A DNA stretch of 64,000 nucleotides, taken from the NCBI RefSeq assembly GCF_036321535.1, contig NC_087437.1, forward strand, positions 60,142,001 to 60,206,000, read 5' to 3'. The stretch is from Camelus dromedarius. Taxonomy: Eukaryota. This document shows positions 40,200-52,679 of the stretch, piece after piece; position 1 is the first letter of the stretch; each line of letters starts with the position of its first letter. Under the pieces are notes generated by a model. That model saw only the letters and a program-made list of their open reading frames with translations, ran no database searches and was not told the DNA's origin. The position numbers and the translations under genes are program-made.

Positions 40200-40406
40200 C
40201 TCTGCCGGCGTGCTGGAGCGCGTCGCAGATTTGCGCCAGGGCAGTGTCCGCTTCTCGGGGCCGCGCGCTGCTGGGGGAGGGTTTGGAGCTGAGCGTGATG
40301 TTGAGCTCCCTTGAGCAGCGCGTGGTTTTTTCCAGCCAGTTTGCCAAAATCTGCTTGGAGTCAGCTGATGCTGAATCACTGTCTAACCCTGCGAGGGTTT
40401 GCAGAG
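40200..40406 (+). other. BDH1: Candidate BDH1 5'-leader exon (first exon from the proximal promoter, or internal exon via the acceptor at 40334-40335)
   Basis: Downstream of the CCAAT/E-box; internal acceptor ggttttttccAG; donor GAG|GTACAC at 40407. Confidence 0.55.
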
Positions 40407-41109
40407 GTACACGTTTCATTACCGTGGGCCTCCTGCTGCTGGGGTCCTTTATGAAGCAGCAAAAGTCCTACTTTTCACCAGAGCGTTGGAGCCTGGCCCT
40501 GCACAGGGCATATACCCCTAGCGGGCGAGGAAGCTGACCTTTGAAATTTGTGTAGCTTTCATATTCTTTCAGTACACATTTACAAAGTGTCTGCTTCCTG
40601 TCAGACACCAGCCTTGGTCAGTGATAGAACACGTGAGTCTTATTTGTGGGATGCTCACAGTCCAGGTTGAGATTGGTGGTCAGGTGAGGGCTGTGGTTGG
40701 TTATAAACAGAAATACCTCTAATACTGCACAACTTAGGTTAAGTGCTGTTTCAGAGGCACAGAAGGAAGGAGTGAAATGCAAGTATGGGCAGGAGATTGA
40801 GTTTTGATTTAGGGAATCAGGAAAGGTATCTTGAAGGAGGTATTATTTGAATCAGTTAGGACTTAGTAGATGAAGGAGACATCAGATTTGGTATAGGATG
40901 AGCAAATCACAAAAACTGGAAAGTACAGGGCTTACTGAGAGATGGCATAGCAAATGATATAATGGGTAGATGAGAAAAATATATTTGGAGAGACTATTTG
41001 GAGGGGCCTGGCAAGGACCAGAATACTGGGCTTGTACACTTTGATTTGAAATGCAGTAAGCACTTATGAATAGGACAACTCCTTAATCTGTCAATTATAC
41101 TAATATCAT

Positions 41110-42520
41110 TTTTTACATCTGCACCAAAAATCTTGGAAGTATCTTTGATTCTTCCTTCTTTCATATCCTGCATTTAATTTGTTAGTAAATTGCAATGGGC
41201 TATACCTTCAAAACATAGCCAGACTTTGACCACTTCTAATTACCTCCATGGTTTCCACCAGGGCTGGCAGCCCTTTATATATCTCCAGGGAATACTTTTT
41301 CACATTTTCCTGGAGTTGTGCAGTGCACAACCTGCATGGCTGTACATGATGGTCCTGGATTACTGCCATAGTTTCTAAATGGTCTTCCTGCTTCTGCCTT
41401 TGTCCATCCTCAGTCTATTCTTAACCCAGTGAGAGTTATCTTATTAAAATACGTCTGATATGGTATTCCCCTGCTGAAATCTCTCTTAATTCATTCAAAT
41501 ATCATGTGCCTACTGTGTACAGGGCACCGTTAGGTGTTGAGGATACAACAGGGACAAAAAAGACAAAAATTCCTGCTCTCAGGGTTTACATTCTAGTGGG
41601 ACTGAAATATGATAAATACAATAAGTAAGTACAATATGTATAATGTGGCAAGTTGCCAAGGAGGAAAAAAGAAGGAAGCAGGGAAGGGGGATAGAAAATG
41701 TCAGGGTAGGGATGGGATTGATGGGGTGGCCAGATAATGCCTTACTGAGTAAACATTTGAATAAAAGATTGAATTGAGAGAATGAGCCCTGCGGAGAGTG
41801 AGGAAAAGAACGTTCCTGGTGGAGGGAAAATCAGGCAAAAGCCCTGAAGCATGAGCTTGCCTGACATGTTCCAAGTACAGCACGAAGGCCACTGTGACCT
41901 AAGTGCAGTGAACAAGGAGGGACGAGATCAGAGACGTCATGGGGACCTAGCTTATGGAGGGCATTGTAGGCAGTCTGAGTGATTTTGGCTTTTACTCTGA
42001 GCAAAAATTTGGTGCAGGAGTGACATGATCTGATTTGTACTTCGTAGGCTCATGGAGGCAGTGTTGAGCAGTGTCTGTTGGGGGACTAGGATGGAAGCAG
42101 GGAGCCTAGTTGAGACGCGATTGCAACAACCCAGGCAAGAAGGGATGAAGTCTTAGCAAAGATGATAGCAGAGGATGCTTGATATATTGTGAAGGTGGAG
42201 TCAGGATTCGCTGACTGCTTGGCTGTGGAGTGTGCAAGGGAGGAGTCAAGAACAAGGGAGACTCAGAGGAACAGATATGCAGGGCCATGGCACAAGCTCA
42301 GTTTTGGACAGGCTAAGTTTGAGATACCTATTAAACATTCAAGTGGAGATGTTGGATGGGTAGTTGGATACATTAAGCCTGGAGTTCAGAGAAGAAGCTG
42401 GTTGGAGATGAAAATTTAGGAGATGGCAGCATGTAAATCATATTTAAAGCAATGAGAGCTCAGCCTGGTTGTGAGAAGAGACCAAGAAGGGAGCCCTGGG
42501 ACTCCATCGTTTAGTGATCT
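41110..42520. mobile_element. L2 fragments (+ to ~41490, then -)
   Basis: L2 3'-end and body motifs on both strands. Confidence 0.7.
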
Positions 42521-45426
42521 GTCTTGAGTTTGGTAGGCAAGCCCTGTTCTCCTAGGCGTGGAATGCCTGCTTAAGCTAGCAGTTGTAGTTATGGCCATTT
42601 TGGTAGCTCTGGTAACACTTTCTCTTGGGGAACAGCAGATGTCTCCTTGACAGAATGGAGAGGGGGAGGCTCATGTTGCTGTTATGTTACGAGATCTATA
42701 GTGTGACATTCTTAGAATATGGGGCAAGCTTAGGAATTAATGATAATGATCTGCAGAAAGAACCTGCTTTTAGTGTGGTTTCACCAATATTGTTTCAGCT
42801 GCAACTAACAGAAACTTTAAGCTTGCTTAAATCAACACAGAGAATAAAGACATGGCATGAAGCTGAAGGTAGGACGGCAGCTGGGTCTCCAAGAGCAGAG
42901 CTCCCCTCTGGAGTCTCAGATGTTGTTTTTTCTCTCTCTCCACCTCCATCTCTGTTTCATTCTACATATGTGCCTGACTATTCTCTCTGTCTGTCTGTCT
43001 CTCTCTCTCTCTCCAGACTGGCTTTCTCCATCTCTCTTTCTGGCTTCATGCTCAAAGTAGCATAGCCACTTTTCTCCCCACTCTAGCAGCCAGATCACAT
43101 GTCTCTGCCCTGCAGGGATGGATTTGCATTCTTCCATAGTGCCAGGGGACAGAATGATAGATTCATCTGTTGTCTTTCCTTGACCCAGTGGCCCGGGGAA
43201 GGGGGCGGGGTTCTCATTGCACAACTACAGCTACAGAGGCCAAATCCTGTGGGCAAGAGACAGGTCCAAGAGGACAGGGATCAGGTGAACAAGACAGACA
43301 CCCAAAAGATGGCCTCTGCAGAGAGTGTGATGTGTTGTTCTCTGAGGAGAACTGGCCATCACCTAAATCCAATCTGGTGACTAGAGTGTTGGACTAATCC
43401 AAGTATCTGCATTAGGTTTGCCTTTGCTGAACTGGGCTAAAGTTAAATCCTTGGCTTTTATTGAAGGTCTCTGTTAAAGACAGCTATATAAAAGTCATGT
43501 CTGCATTTATGATAATATGGTAGTGAGAACCTCTACTCTATCATTTGATGTTCCTATATAATACTTTTAGACTTTTGTTCCAGAATAGTTATCTCTCTAA
43601 GGAATAATAGGCATCTTTTTTTGAATGAGGGCTTTAAAACTTGTCTGGTTTCCTTTTTTGATGGCCTCAAGGAATCCTCCATTAACTGTACAGTGAGCAC
43701 ACATATCTGAGCTGAGCTGGAACTTTCAGGTAAGATAATGCTAAGTGATCAGAAGGGAAATAGCCAAAGGGTAATAGACATTTTTCTGGTGAGAGATCTC
43801 AAATGCAAATGCCCACAGTGTCCAGGCAGTTAACAGAGGTGATGTGGGTAGGCTTAAGATAGTAAGTGCAAACTTTTTGTATTGAGTTCAAGCATAACAC
43901 AGCTGCTTAGTTACATTGCCTTTTAAAACACTAGGTTGGCCAAAAAAAACAGCCAAGTAGAATGTGTTGGAAACAGGCTGCGAGTTGTCAGTTGGAGTCT
44001 CACACAGCTCACTGGCTTTAAGCTCCTCAGTGTGGGGTCTCTCCACAGGATGGTTCTCTGCCTAAACCCAGCATGCCCTCCTCGGTAGAACAGAGCCTTC
44101 CCTTCCTGCCTGGTATTACCAAGGCCCATCCAGACTTCATGTCCAGAAACTCAAGAGTTTTCTCCTTCCTGCCTAAGTCCAGCCTCCTGATTTCTCTCAA
44201 TTCACTGCTGATGCCCTGCGTCCTCTGAGGATGTCAGTACTGGGGATATCTGCCACTTGCCGGGGACACGCTGACCCTGACCCACAGGAATGCAACCAGC
44301 TATGTCCTCTGCAAGATAGTCCTGTCAGAATGCAGCAAGCGAGCCCAGCGTCAAGACCAGGATGAACACCGGTTTTTTTTGGAGGGGGGGTGCAGTCCAT
44401 GGGTTTTACATTGACAATGCAAAGGACGTGCCCTTGAGAGCAGACCTAAGTGTTCTCAGTGTTAGAAAAGTTTCTCCCAGGTTAATTAATATGTGAGCAT
44501 CTTGACTTTGTGACAGTATCTTATAAATTTGATAATCGAGCAGCTGATTGAGGTCAAGGCTAAGGAGATGGTCTCACCCCGACAGGGACTCTGCCTGCCT
44601 CCTTGCAGCACCCTCCTCCCACAACCATTTGTTTCCAAACCAAAAGGCTTTTCGTTTGAGAAGCTAATATTTACAGAGAATAAAGCCCAGCCCAAGACAT
44701 AAGATGACAAACAAGCCTGAAGAGTGTGCAGGAATCCGACTGCCTATAGCATTGTTTTGGGGGGTGAAAACAGCAACATATTTAAGAAACGTAAAAAGGA
44801 GAAGAAAAAGAGTTCTAAAATTCTAACATTTTGTATGTAAGAGACTACATTGTGAATGGTGCATTATTAAAGGAGCTGAGTTTTTGTCCACTTTAAGCTA
44901 TTTTGACTGCAGCACTTTTAAATATTGCTGACTCAAAGGAAAATAAAATGGAAAGCAGCCCTCTCTTTGGAGATAACTTTGAGGCATTCTCTGCCACAGG
45001 CATGGAGCAGAAGGGACGGGAAAGGGCTTTAATTAGAGACAACTGAATTTAAAAATCACCCAGCGGTGGTGACCTCAAACTCCAGTCCTGGCAGAAGTAG
45101 GTGGAGATACGTGTGCTCAGCCAACTGGTCAGTATTTGGGTGGGGTGGGGGCACCCCTTAAAGAATCTGAGCCCAGCATGGGCCTGTGCCTTCTAAGGAG
45201 GACCAGTCTATAGTGGGGGTTGTGTGGCGGTGATGGTAGGGTTCGAGCACTTAACTCATCCCCACTCAGCAGAGACTTCACTGAGCGCCTTCTTTGGGTC
45301 AGGTTTTTTCTGGGAATGAGGGATTCAGTGGTGACCAAGATGGACGAGGTTCCTGGCCTCACTGAGCTTATGCTTTAGAAGGGGAAGATAAAGTAATGAA
45401 GTAATTTTGGGTTGAAGGATGATTTC

Positions 45427-45589
45427 TTAAAAATAATATTTATTTTTTTCTAAATTTCTTTTGTTTATTTTGGAGGGGGTGGTAATTAGGTTTTTATTTG
45501 TTTGTTTTAATGGTGGTACTGGGGGTTGAACCCAGGGCCTTGTACATGCTAAGCACGTGCTCTTCCACTGAGCTGTAAACCCTCTCCCC
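45427..45589 (-). mobile_element. Camelid tRNA-derived SINE (Vic-1 type), inserted in an L2
   Basis: Same family as the other two copies; TSD aaggatgat at 45415-45423 / 45590-45598. Confidence 0.85.
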
Positions 45590-47145
45590 AAGGATGATCT
45601 TACAGAGGGCAGCCCCTGTGTGTTGCATGGGGGGTTGGGGCAGCCTCTCTGAAGCTGGAAGGGTGGGAAGGACTCAGCCATCTAGAGTGGGGAAAGGCAA
45701 GGTCCAGGGCCACGAGGTGAAAAAGAGCTTGGTGTATGTTCAGGAGGTCAGTGTGGCTCCAGTGCAGTGAGCCCAGGGAAGGTGGTGCCAGAAACTGAGA
45801 GCAAGGGAGGCAGAGGTCCATTCCAAAAGGCATGGAGAGGCTTTTAGGCAAGGGAGTCACATAACCTGACTGGGGTTAGAAAGATCTTTCTGGCTGCAGG
45901 GCTGAGAATGGAGTGTTGTGAGTAGGGGCAGGGGTGGAAGCAAGAGCCTACTGCATGGTCCAGGAAGGATCACATAGATCAAAAGATCCCTATTTGTTTG
46001 CCTTTCCTGAGGATTGAACTCCACCTGCCTCCTGCAGTGAACACCCTGCGGTTGGCTAGTTAATGAATTTATTCCACACCCACTGGCCCAGGGGGCAGGT
46101 TATCAGTTAGATTAGGGGTGCTGGCAATAGGACAGGGAAGGAGCTGCCTCTCAGGCAGAACCTTATTACTGATAAGAACAGGTTAACAAACCAGAGGCGG
46201 GTGTGCAAGGAGAGACTAGAATGGCTCACCAGGAAAAGAACAATAGCTCCCCCGGCTGTAGTTGTCTTGCTCAACTCCCTCGTCTCCTCCCTTCCCTTCC
46301 CTTAGGCCGGGAGGAATCACCAGAACAGAATTAAGCAGAGTTTAAGAGGGCAACTAATATACCTGCTGATCAGCAATTCCTAATGCACGACTAGTCACAG
46401 TGCTGAGTAGCCTTAAGGTGACACCAAGTGATACATGTCGTTGTCACAACCAAGTTGATTTAACCTGGACAGGGGCTGGTAGGATGGTGGGGGAGACTCT
46501 GTGTGTGTGTGAATTGAGGTTGATTAGAGTGTGTCTCAAATTCTAGCTCCAGTCTCCAGGCTTTTATGAGTTGCTGATGAATTCAGCCCCCGAGTTGGAC
46601 CCTGTGCTTGGTGAGGTGGGGAGAGAGGTGGAGAGCTGAATCAGATGCTACGTGGCCCGGGGCTGGAAAAGCTGCCCGGAGGCATGTGGGCACATTGAGA
46701 TGCACGTTCTGCTGGATATGGTGAACACAGACAGGAGAGAGGAACTCATAGAGCTGGAATCTCTGAGGAGGCAGGTCCCCCAGTGCCCCTCCACAGACTG
46801 GTTTGACAGTCACTAGTCTATTCCAACCTTGTTATGCTGCACATGGGTGATGACCCATCCAGGGTTGCCCTAGAGTTGATGACATAGCCAGAGCCAGAAC
46901 CCAGGTTTCCAGATGTCCCAGTCTCCTGACTCTTTCCATCATGTGAGGATGAAGCTTGAGAGGAAGGTGGCAAGAGGAGACTGCCTGGTAGCATGACTGG
47001 ACATGGGTCAGACAGAGCCCAGTTTGACTTTCACAACCTGGAAGGAATATAGCCACCCCTGAAGGCAACAAGGCAATGCTGAGGGTGCCTTTGTGTTTCA
47101 GAACCCACCAGGAGGAGCCTGACCATTCTGCCTCTTGTGGCCACA

Positions 47146-47228
47146 ATGCTGACCGCCCGCCTCTCCAGACTCCTGTCACAGCTCCCAAGGAAAACCTTGA
47201 GTTTCTCTGATAGAGGAAACGGAACCAG
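47146..47228 (+). CDS. BDH1: BDH1 first coding exon (exon 47102-47228; mitochondrial presequence MLTARLSRLLSQLPRKTLSFSDRGNGT-R)
   Basis: Acceptor ttgtgtttcAG (47100-47101); ATG in context cacaATGc; donor AG|GTAAGA at 47229; 83 nt coding. The Arg/Leu/Ser-rich peptide resembles the mammalian BDH1 N-terminus (human MLATRLSRPLSRLPGKTLS). Confidence 0.93.
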
Positions 47229-47394
47229 GTAAGAAATTGAAGGGTGGAGGTAGCCTTGAGGGTTATAGTTTCTGGGCAAAGCAAAGCTCTTCACACATAA
47301 TAAGGCTTGACTCTCAAAAATGTCTCTCAATACCCATTGTCTATCAGCAAAGGACGGCTCACAGGGCACAGAAGAATATCTTTCATCAGATTAT

Positions 47395-47870
47395 TTTTTT
47401 AACTTTTTATTTTGAAATAACTCTACACTTACACAGAAGTTGCAAAAATAGTACAAAAGTTTCCTTATCCCCCTTTCCTAATTTCCCCAAATGTTAGCAT
47501 CTTACAAAACCGTAGTGCAATCATCAAAACCGGGAAATTACCACTGATATAATACTACTAACTAACCTATAGATCTAATTCAGATTTCACCAAATGACCC
47601 AGTAATGGACCTTTTCCTGGTCCAGGATACAAACCAGGGTCCCCAGTGCATTTAGTTGTTGTGTCTCCTTACTCTCTCCCTCCTGGGGCACTTTCTCAGT
47701 CTTTGTTGTTCATGACCTTGACACCTTGGAAGACTATCTCTCAGTGTGGATTTTGGGATGTTCTTGTGTTTAGATACAAGTATGCATATTTGGAAAGATA
47801 AGGAGGTGCCCATCTTGGTGCATCACATCAGGAGGCACAGATCCCATTACTTTGATTACCTGGCTAATGG
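47395..47870 (-). mobile_element. Old L1 3'-end fragment (L1MC/MD-like)
   Basis: aactttttattttgaaataact..acagaagttgcaaaaatagtaca motif. Confidence 0.65.
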
Positions 47871-50800
47871 CGCTTTGAAAATGTCACATGTGAAACCAAT
47901 TAAGCAAAATGTCCCAAGACTTCACTGAACTGTGTGATTTAGAGAAAGCATTAAGTAAAAATGAAAGAAGCAGCTCTTCTTTGAGAGCTCCTGGAAGTTG
48001 CCTTTTCCAAGGGGATTTAGTGTGCTCAGCTACCTCGTTTTATTCCTTTGCAGCCAGAGCAAGGAAAAAGTAATGACTTTTTCTTTCTTTTATATTTGAG
48101 AGGAGTTAAATCAAGTGGCAGGTTAAATTCAAAGTCCTGGCAGCTAGAAAATTGATGGTTATTTTCTATGCCAATAGATAAATTTAGAAGAACATGAATT
48201 TAGGTTTTTAGCAGCATTTGCTTAAAAACAATTCCATGGGATACTAAAGCTTGATTGGAGATGGGGCTTCAACTACCAGAGGACACCATATAAAAAGAGT
48301 TTTTAAATGGCCCTGTTGCTGAAATACGGCCTCTGTACCCCAAGCCTCCCTCATTTCCGGTCTAACCCTGGTCAGCAAGAGCGTGAGAAAAACCCTTTAA
48401 ACCATCACACAGTTAAGCAGTTACAAACACCATTACAGTTGTCAGATGATCACTGATGACAGTAGGGTCCTGTTCAGTTACAGCCCCTACTGCAGAGGTG
48501 ACATCCCATCAAAGAGGAAATGGAACTTGGCTCTGACGCAGGACTCTTGGAAGAAGATGATTTACTGAAATTTTTTTTTCAGTGAGTGATTCATAGAAAT
48601 GGTAAAAGTCTGTCTCAAAAGAGGCTTTTAGAGATTTCTGGAGGTTTTTTTACAGAGGAGAAAGTAATCCCAAAGGAGGTTAAAATACTTTTACAAAGAT
48701 TTTATCTTCAAATTAAAGGGAAGTGAATTAACTGCTCTGTATCCAAGTGAACATTCTGTTTTTCACTTTAGTGAAATGACATGAAATATTCAGTACTTTA
48801 TTATTTTAAAAAAAATTAAAGGGAAGTGAGGCATTAGTTAGGCTTCTGGCTCATTTGAGTGGAAAGAAAAGCTGTCACAGGGGATTCTGAATCTTCTAGA
48901 AGGCTTGCAGAAATAACCTGCTTAGGCTGAGGGGAGTTGGGGCAGGGTGGTCAGGGGCAGAGCTGCGTCAAGTGCATTAGCTGTCTTCCAGGCAAAGTTG
49001 TCAGCAGAGGTCAGGGAGGGAGGGAGACCCAGGTGTGTGAGGAGGATGGAATGGTGGGTGACCACTGTGCCTGGATGAGACAGGAGGTCTTGGGTGGGGA
49101 AGAACTTTGGCCTGATCATTTTGCTTGAATCTCAGACTCCAGTCAACTACCTGTACGTCGATCCTGTGATCACATCCTTAACAAGTGAACTTACAGCCTC
49201 TATTTGAATATCTCCAGCCATGGGACCATCAGCACCTCTCACAGCAGGCCTCTTGTCTTTGGACAGTGCTATTATAAAGTCCTTCTTCACATTGGGCAGA
49301 AATCTTTTCTCTGTTCCTCTTATTTCTGGGTCTGCCATCTACATTCATCCTGAATAAGTTCATCTCTTATCCCCAGAGACACCATACTACCCCGATACCT
49401 CCGTCCCCAACTTCTCTTATTGCGTCTGCGTGTTTTGTCATTGCTCATCTCCCATGATTTCCCCATTCAGCACCCAGGTCTTCCACCTGAATGATGTCCT
49501 TTTGGCCTGTGCACCCCCATACCTGCATTCCTCAGGGCAGCAGTCAATCAGTACATAGGTCCTGTCCAGACAAAACCTCCCCAGGGGTGGCCAGGTGTGG
49601 TCCCTGCCCGGACACCCTGTTCTGCTTACTGACACTATATAGCCCTCAGATTTCAGATTTCTGGCTTTGCCAGAAGGCTCTGGCTTCCCTCCTGGAGCCA
49701 GTGACTTACTGATGCATTCCCTACCTGGAACACTACCTCCCGGATCCTGGTTACACACACCAGTTGGCTTGGCCCCAGTGCTCAGCCCTGCCTGCCCGGC
49801 CGTGACGTGTAATACCCCAGGGCAGCCTGACCTGGGCAGAGTGGAGAGGGGCCCTTGCCTCCCTCATCCCTGACCAGCCTAGGCTCACATAGCTTCTTTT
49901 GGCAGCCCCATCACTTATGATTCGTGGTCGACCAGACTACATTTTTTTCCACAGATGCTGCTGTGGGAGGCTGCATTTCTCCCCAGCTGCACTTGTGTCA
50001 CTGATAATTGTCCCTCCTAAGCTCATCTTGTTAGATTCAGCCTGTCAAATTGACTCCTCACTTCTCTCAGCAGACAGCTGCATTACTGTTTATTGTCGCT
50101 GATTCATGACAGAAGGAACAAAGGGATAGAGACATAAACTAGAAGGATGGAAAAGAAGACAGCATTAATGCCTTGGCCAGCGTTGGGTGGTGTCTTGAAT
50201 GTGGCCTGGAAGTTCCTGGACACCAGTGCTCTGGAACCAGCCATTTCTTCCACAGGCCCTTGGGGAAGTGCCAACCTGCACCTGCTCCACCCTGTCTGAT
50301 TGCACTTCTAGGTTAGGATGGAAATCAGCAAGCTCTCCTCTGAATCCGGTGGCCACCTCTTTGGGACTCACCCCTCTGCAAGGTTACTGACAATCCTGAG
50401 TTTAACTTTTACCACCTGTGAGACTTGCATAGCTCTCAGAGTGAGTGGTTTGGTTGACCAGCAGTTTGCTGCTACCGTAAGCCCCTCCTGGGGAGAGGGG
50501 ACCCTCCAGGGCAATGCACACTATTTCATAATATGGGGCTTGGACTTAACCCCTCAGGGGCATTCTTAGCCTTGATAAGCCAGTGTATCAGAACTGCATC
50601 ACACTAAGAAGAGCAAGGACCTCCAGAAGGCTAGGGCTGGAGTGGCATCAGTGGACCCAGGCTTCTTTTATCTTTCTGCTCTGTCGTCCCAATAGCTGTT
50701 CTCACCTCAGAGTGCCATGATTCTTTTCCACCTCCAGCCCCAGTCCAGGCAGGGAAAAGCAAAGCAGCATGGAGGAAGGGAGGAGCTGCCCCTGCATCAG

Positions 50801-51094
50801 GAGAGCAACTCTCCCAGCAATCACTGCAGGGTTCTGCTTATGCATTATGAGCTGGGGATAGTCACATGATCACAGGGCAAGCCTGGGAAGAGTTGGGCAC
50901 ATTGCTACCCAAGACAAAATTTTGATGACGAGGCAGATGAAAAGAGAGATATTGGCGGCAAACAGCAGTGTCTTCCTTGGCTGAACTGGGCTGTGGCCCA
51001 GAGCTGATTTTGTCCCCAGAGATGATAGGGCTTTGGCAGGCAAGAGGTTTGAAAAGGAAACCTCATGGGGAAAAAGTACTTTTTCTCTTTTCCT

Positions 51095-51750
51095 AAGGCA
51101 GCAGTTTTGAACTCTGGTTGCAAATTAGAATCACCTAGAGGACAGTGGGGGGAAAAGATTCCCTGCGCCCTACCCCGGGGGATTTGGATTTCATTCATTA
51201 GGGATGGGGCCAACTGTGCAAATAGTTCAAAAAGCTTCCTTAGTGATTCTTCTTAAACTATTTTGGAAGGAATTTCAATCATATACAAAGGTAGAAAGTT
51301 GTGTACTGACCCCTGGGGTATTGGGGCTTCAGCAGTGATCGTCTCATGGCCAGTCTCATTTCATCTGTGTCCCCACCCACTCTCCTCCCCCTCCCTTTAT
51401 TGGATTATTTCAGAGCAAATTCTGGACATCATGATTGACTTGTAAATATTTAGGTATCTATCTCTAAATGGTAAGGATTCCTTTTAATAATGTGAGCACA
51501 TAATCATGATTGGATTCCCAAGTGATTCTAATAAACAACCAGGGAGGCGGACCCAAGAACCGATGCTCTTGACCTACATCAACCAGGCCTTTCCCTAGAC
51601 CGCCTGTACTGGAATCACTTGAGGTGCTTGTTAAACATGCAGATTTCCAGGGGCCACCCCTTCCTACTGAATCAGAATGTCAATCAGGGACCTGGGAGCC
51701 TGCATTTTAACAAGCTTCCCAGGTGCTTGTTAACCAAAGTTATGGAACTG
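51095..51750. mobile_element. Cluster of MER5-type MITEs, one split by an L1 fragment
   Basis: ttagaatcacct.. and ..ctactgaatcagaa..ctgcattttaacaagcttcccaggtg motifs. Confidence 0.55.
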
Positions 51751-52679
51751 AGGTGCTAAAGCCTTCCCAGGCCCAAGGCCCCTCCAAATTGAGAAGTCCT
51801 AAGCCAGGGGTCCCATAGCACCTGCAGAAGCTGCAAAGTGAGAGAAGAAATGAGAGCAGGATGAGGCATTCCCAGCTATGGCCGAGAAGGAAAGGTTGAG
51901 AAGCCAAGCAGTGCCCAGGAGGGCACTCCTGTGTCAGCTGGATCGTCCCAGCAGTGTTCTTGGTCCGACTCACCCACCGTCAGGACTCTGCCTCCTGGGG
52001 ATTGAGTGTGGAGGGATGGGGCTTTGTGCTCTCTGGAGAAGGAGAAATATGCCATTGGCAGCTGGGTCTGAGCTGTCGAGCCTGGTATGCTACCTCCAGA
52101 GATAGTCAAGTTTGAGTGGCTATATTTGAGCATGGGGAGGTAGGTTTGAGAAAATCTGGCCACAAAGCAGTTTGAAATAAATTTTTCCTTGCTGTGACCT
52201 TATTGTTACTTTTAAAAATATCAAATAGTGCAAAGGGAGTGTCAGGGGACAAGCACATATGATCCAATTCTGCCAGGGACACCTTGTCCTTTTTGTGGAG
52301 CAGATCCTGGGAAAACAGTGATTATTTTTAGATAAGGTCAATTAACTAGTTTTGGGTGCACTGACCTCCCCATTCTGTTCACTTATGACCAATCTCACTA
52401 CCAGGGGTCATGTCAGAGAAAGCCAAATTGGGGCCAGGACTTACATACTAACCAAGCAGTAATAAGGCACCCTGCCTGCGTGGGGTAGGGGTGGGAGTGT
52501 CAGAGGACACCTAGTGGAGAGGGAGAGTCACGACTTTCTCCACTTCTCAGCAGCAATGACACCTCACACTCCCACACTTGGGGACCAGAAATGAGGCACT
52601 CTAACCCCTCCCAGCCAGGGAGTTTTGGTGGAGACCCAGTGGGGAGCTGGAACTCCCTTCCCCACCCAGCAGTAACTCC

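Larger units (their letters stand above)
38700..40540. promoter_or_regulatory. BDH1: CpG-island promoter of BDH1
   Basis: Abrupt GC/CpG enrichment against a CpG-poor background; GC boxes CCCCGCCCC 38956-38964 and CTCCGCCC 38984-38991; CCAAT 40062-40066; CACGTG+ATTGG 40132-40142; lies 7-8 kb upstream of the first coding exon. Confidence 0.88.

Noticed and set aside
39577..40419. Long - strand ORFs (280 aa, 246 aa) and overlapping ORFs in the CpG island
   Set aside because: Stop-poor GC-rich DNA; low-complexity Pro/Arg/Ala peptides in several frames; no recognisable family.
47713..47721. Perfect ERR element TGACCTTGA
   Set aside because: Lies within an old L1 3' fragment; no independent support.
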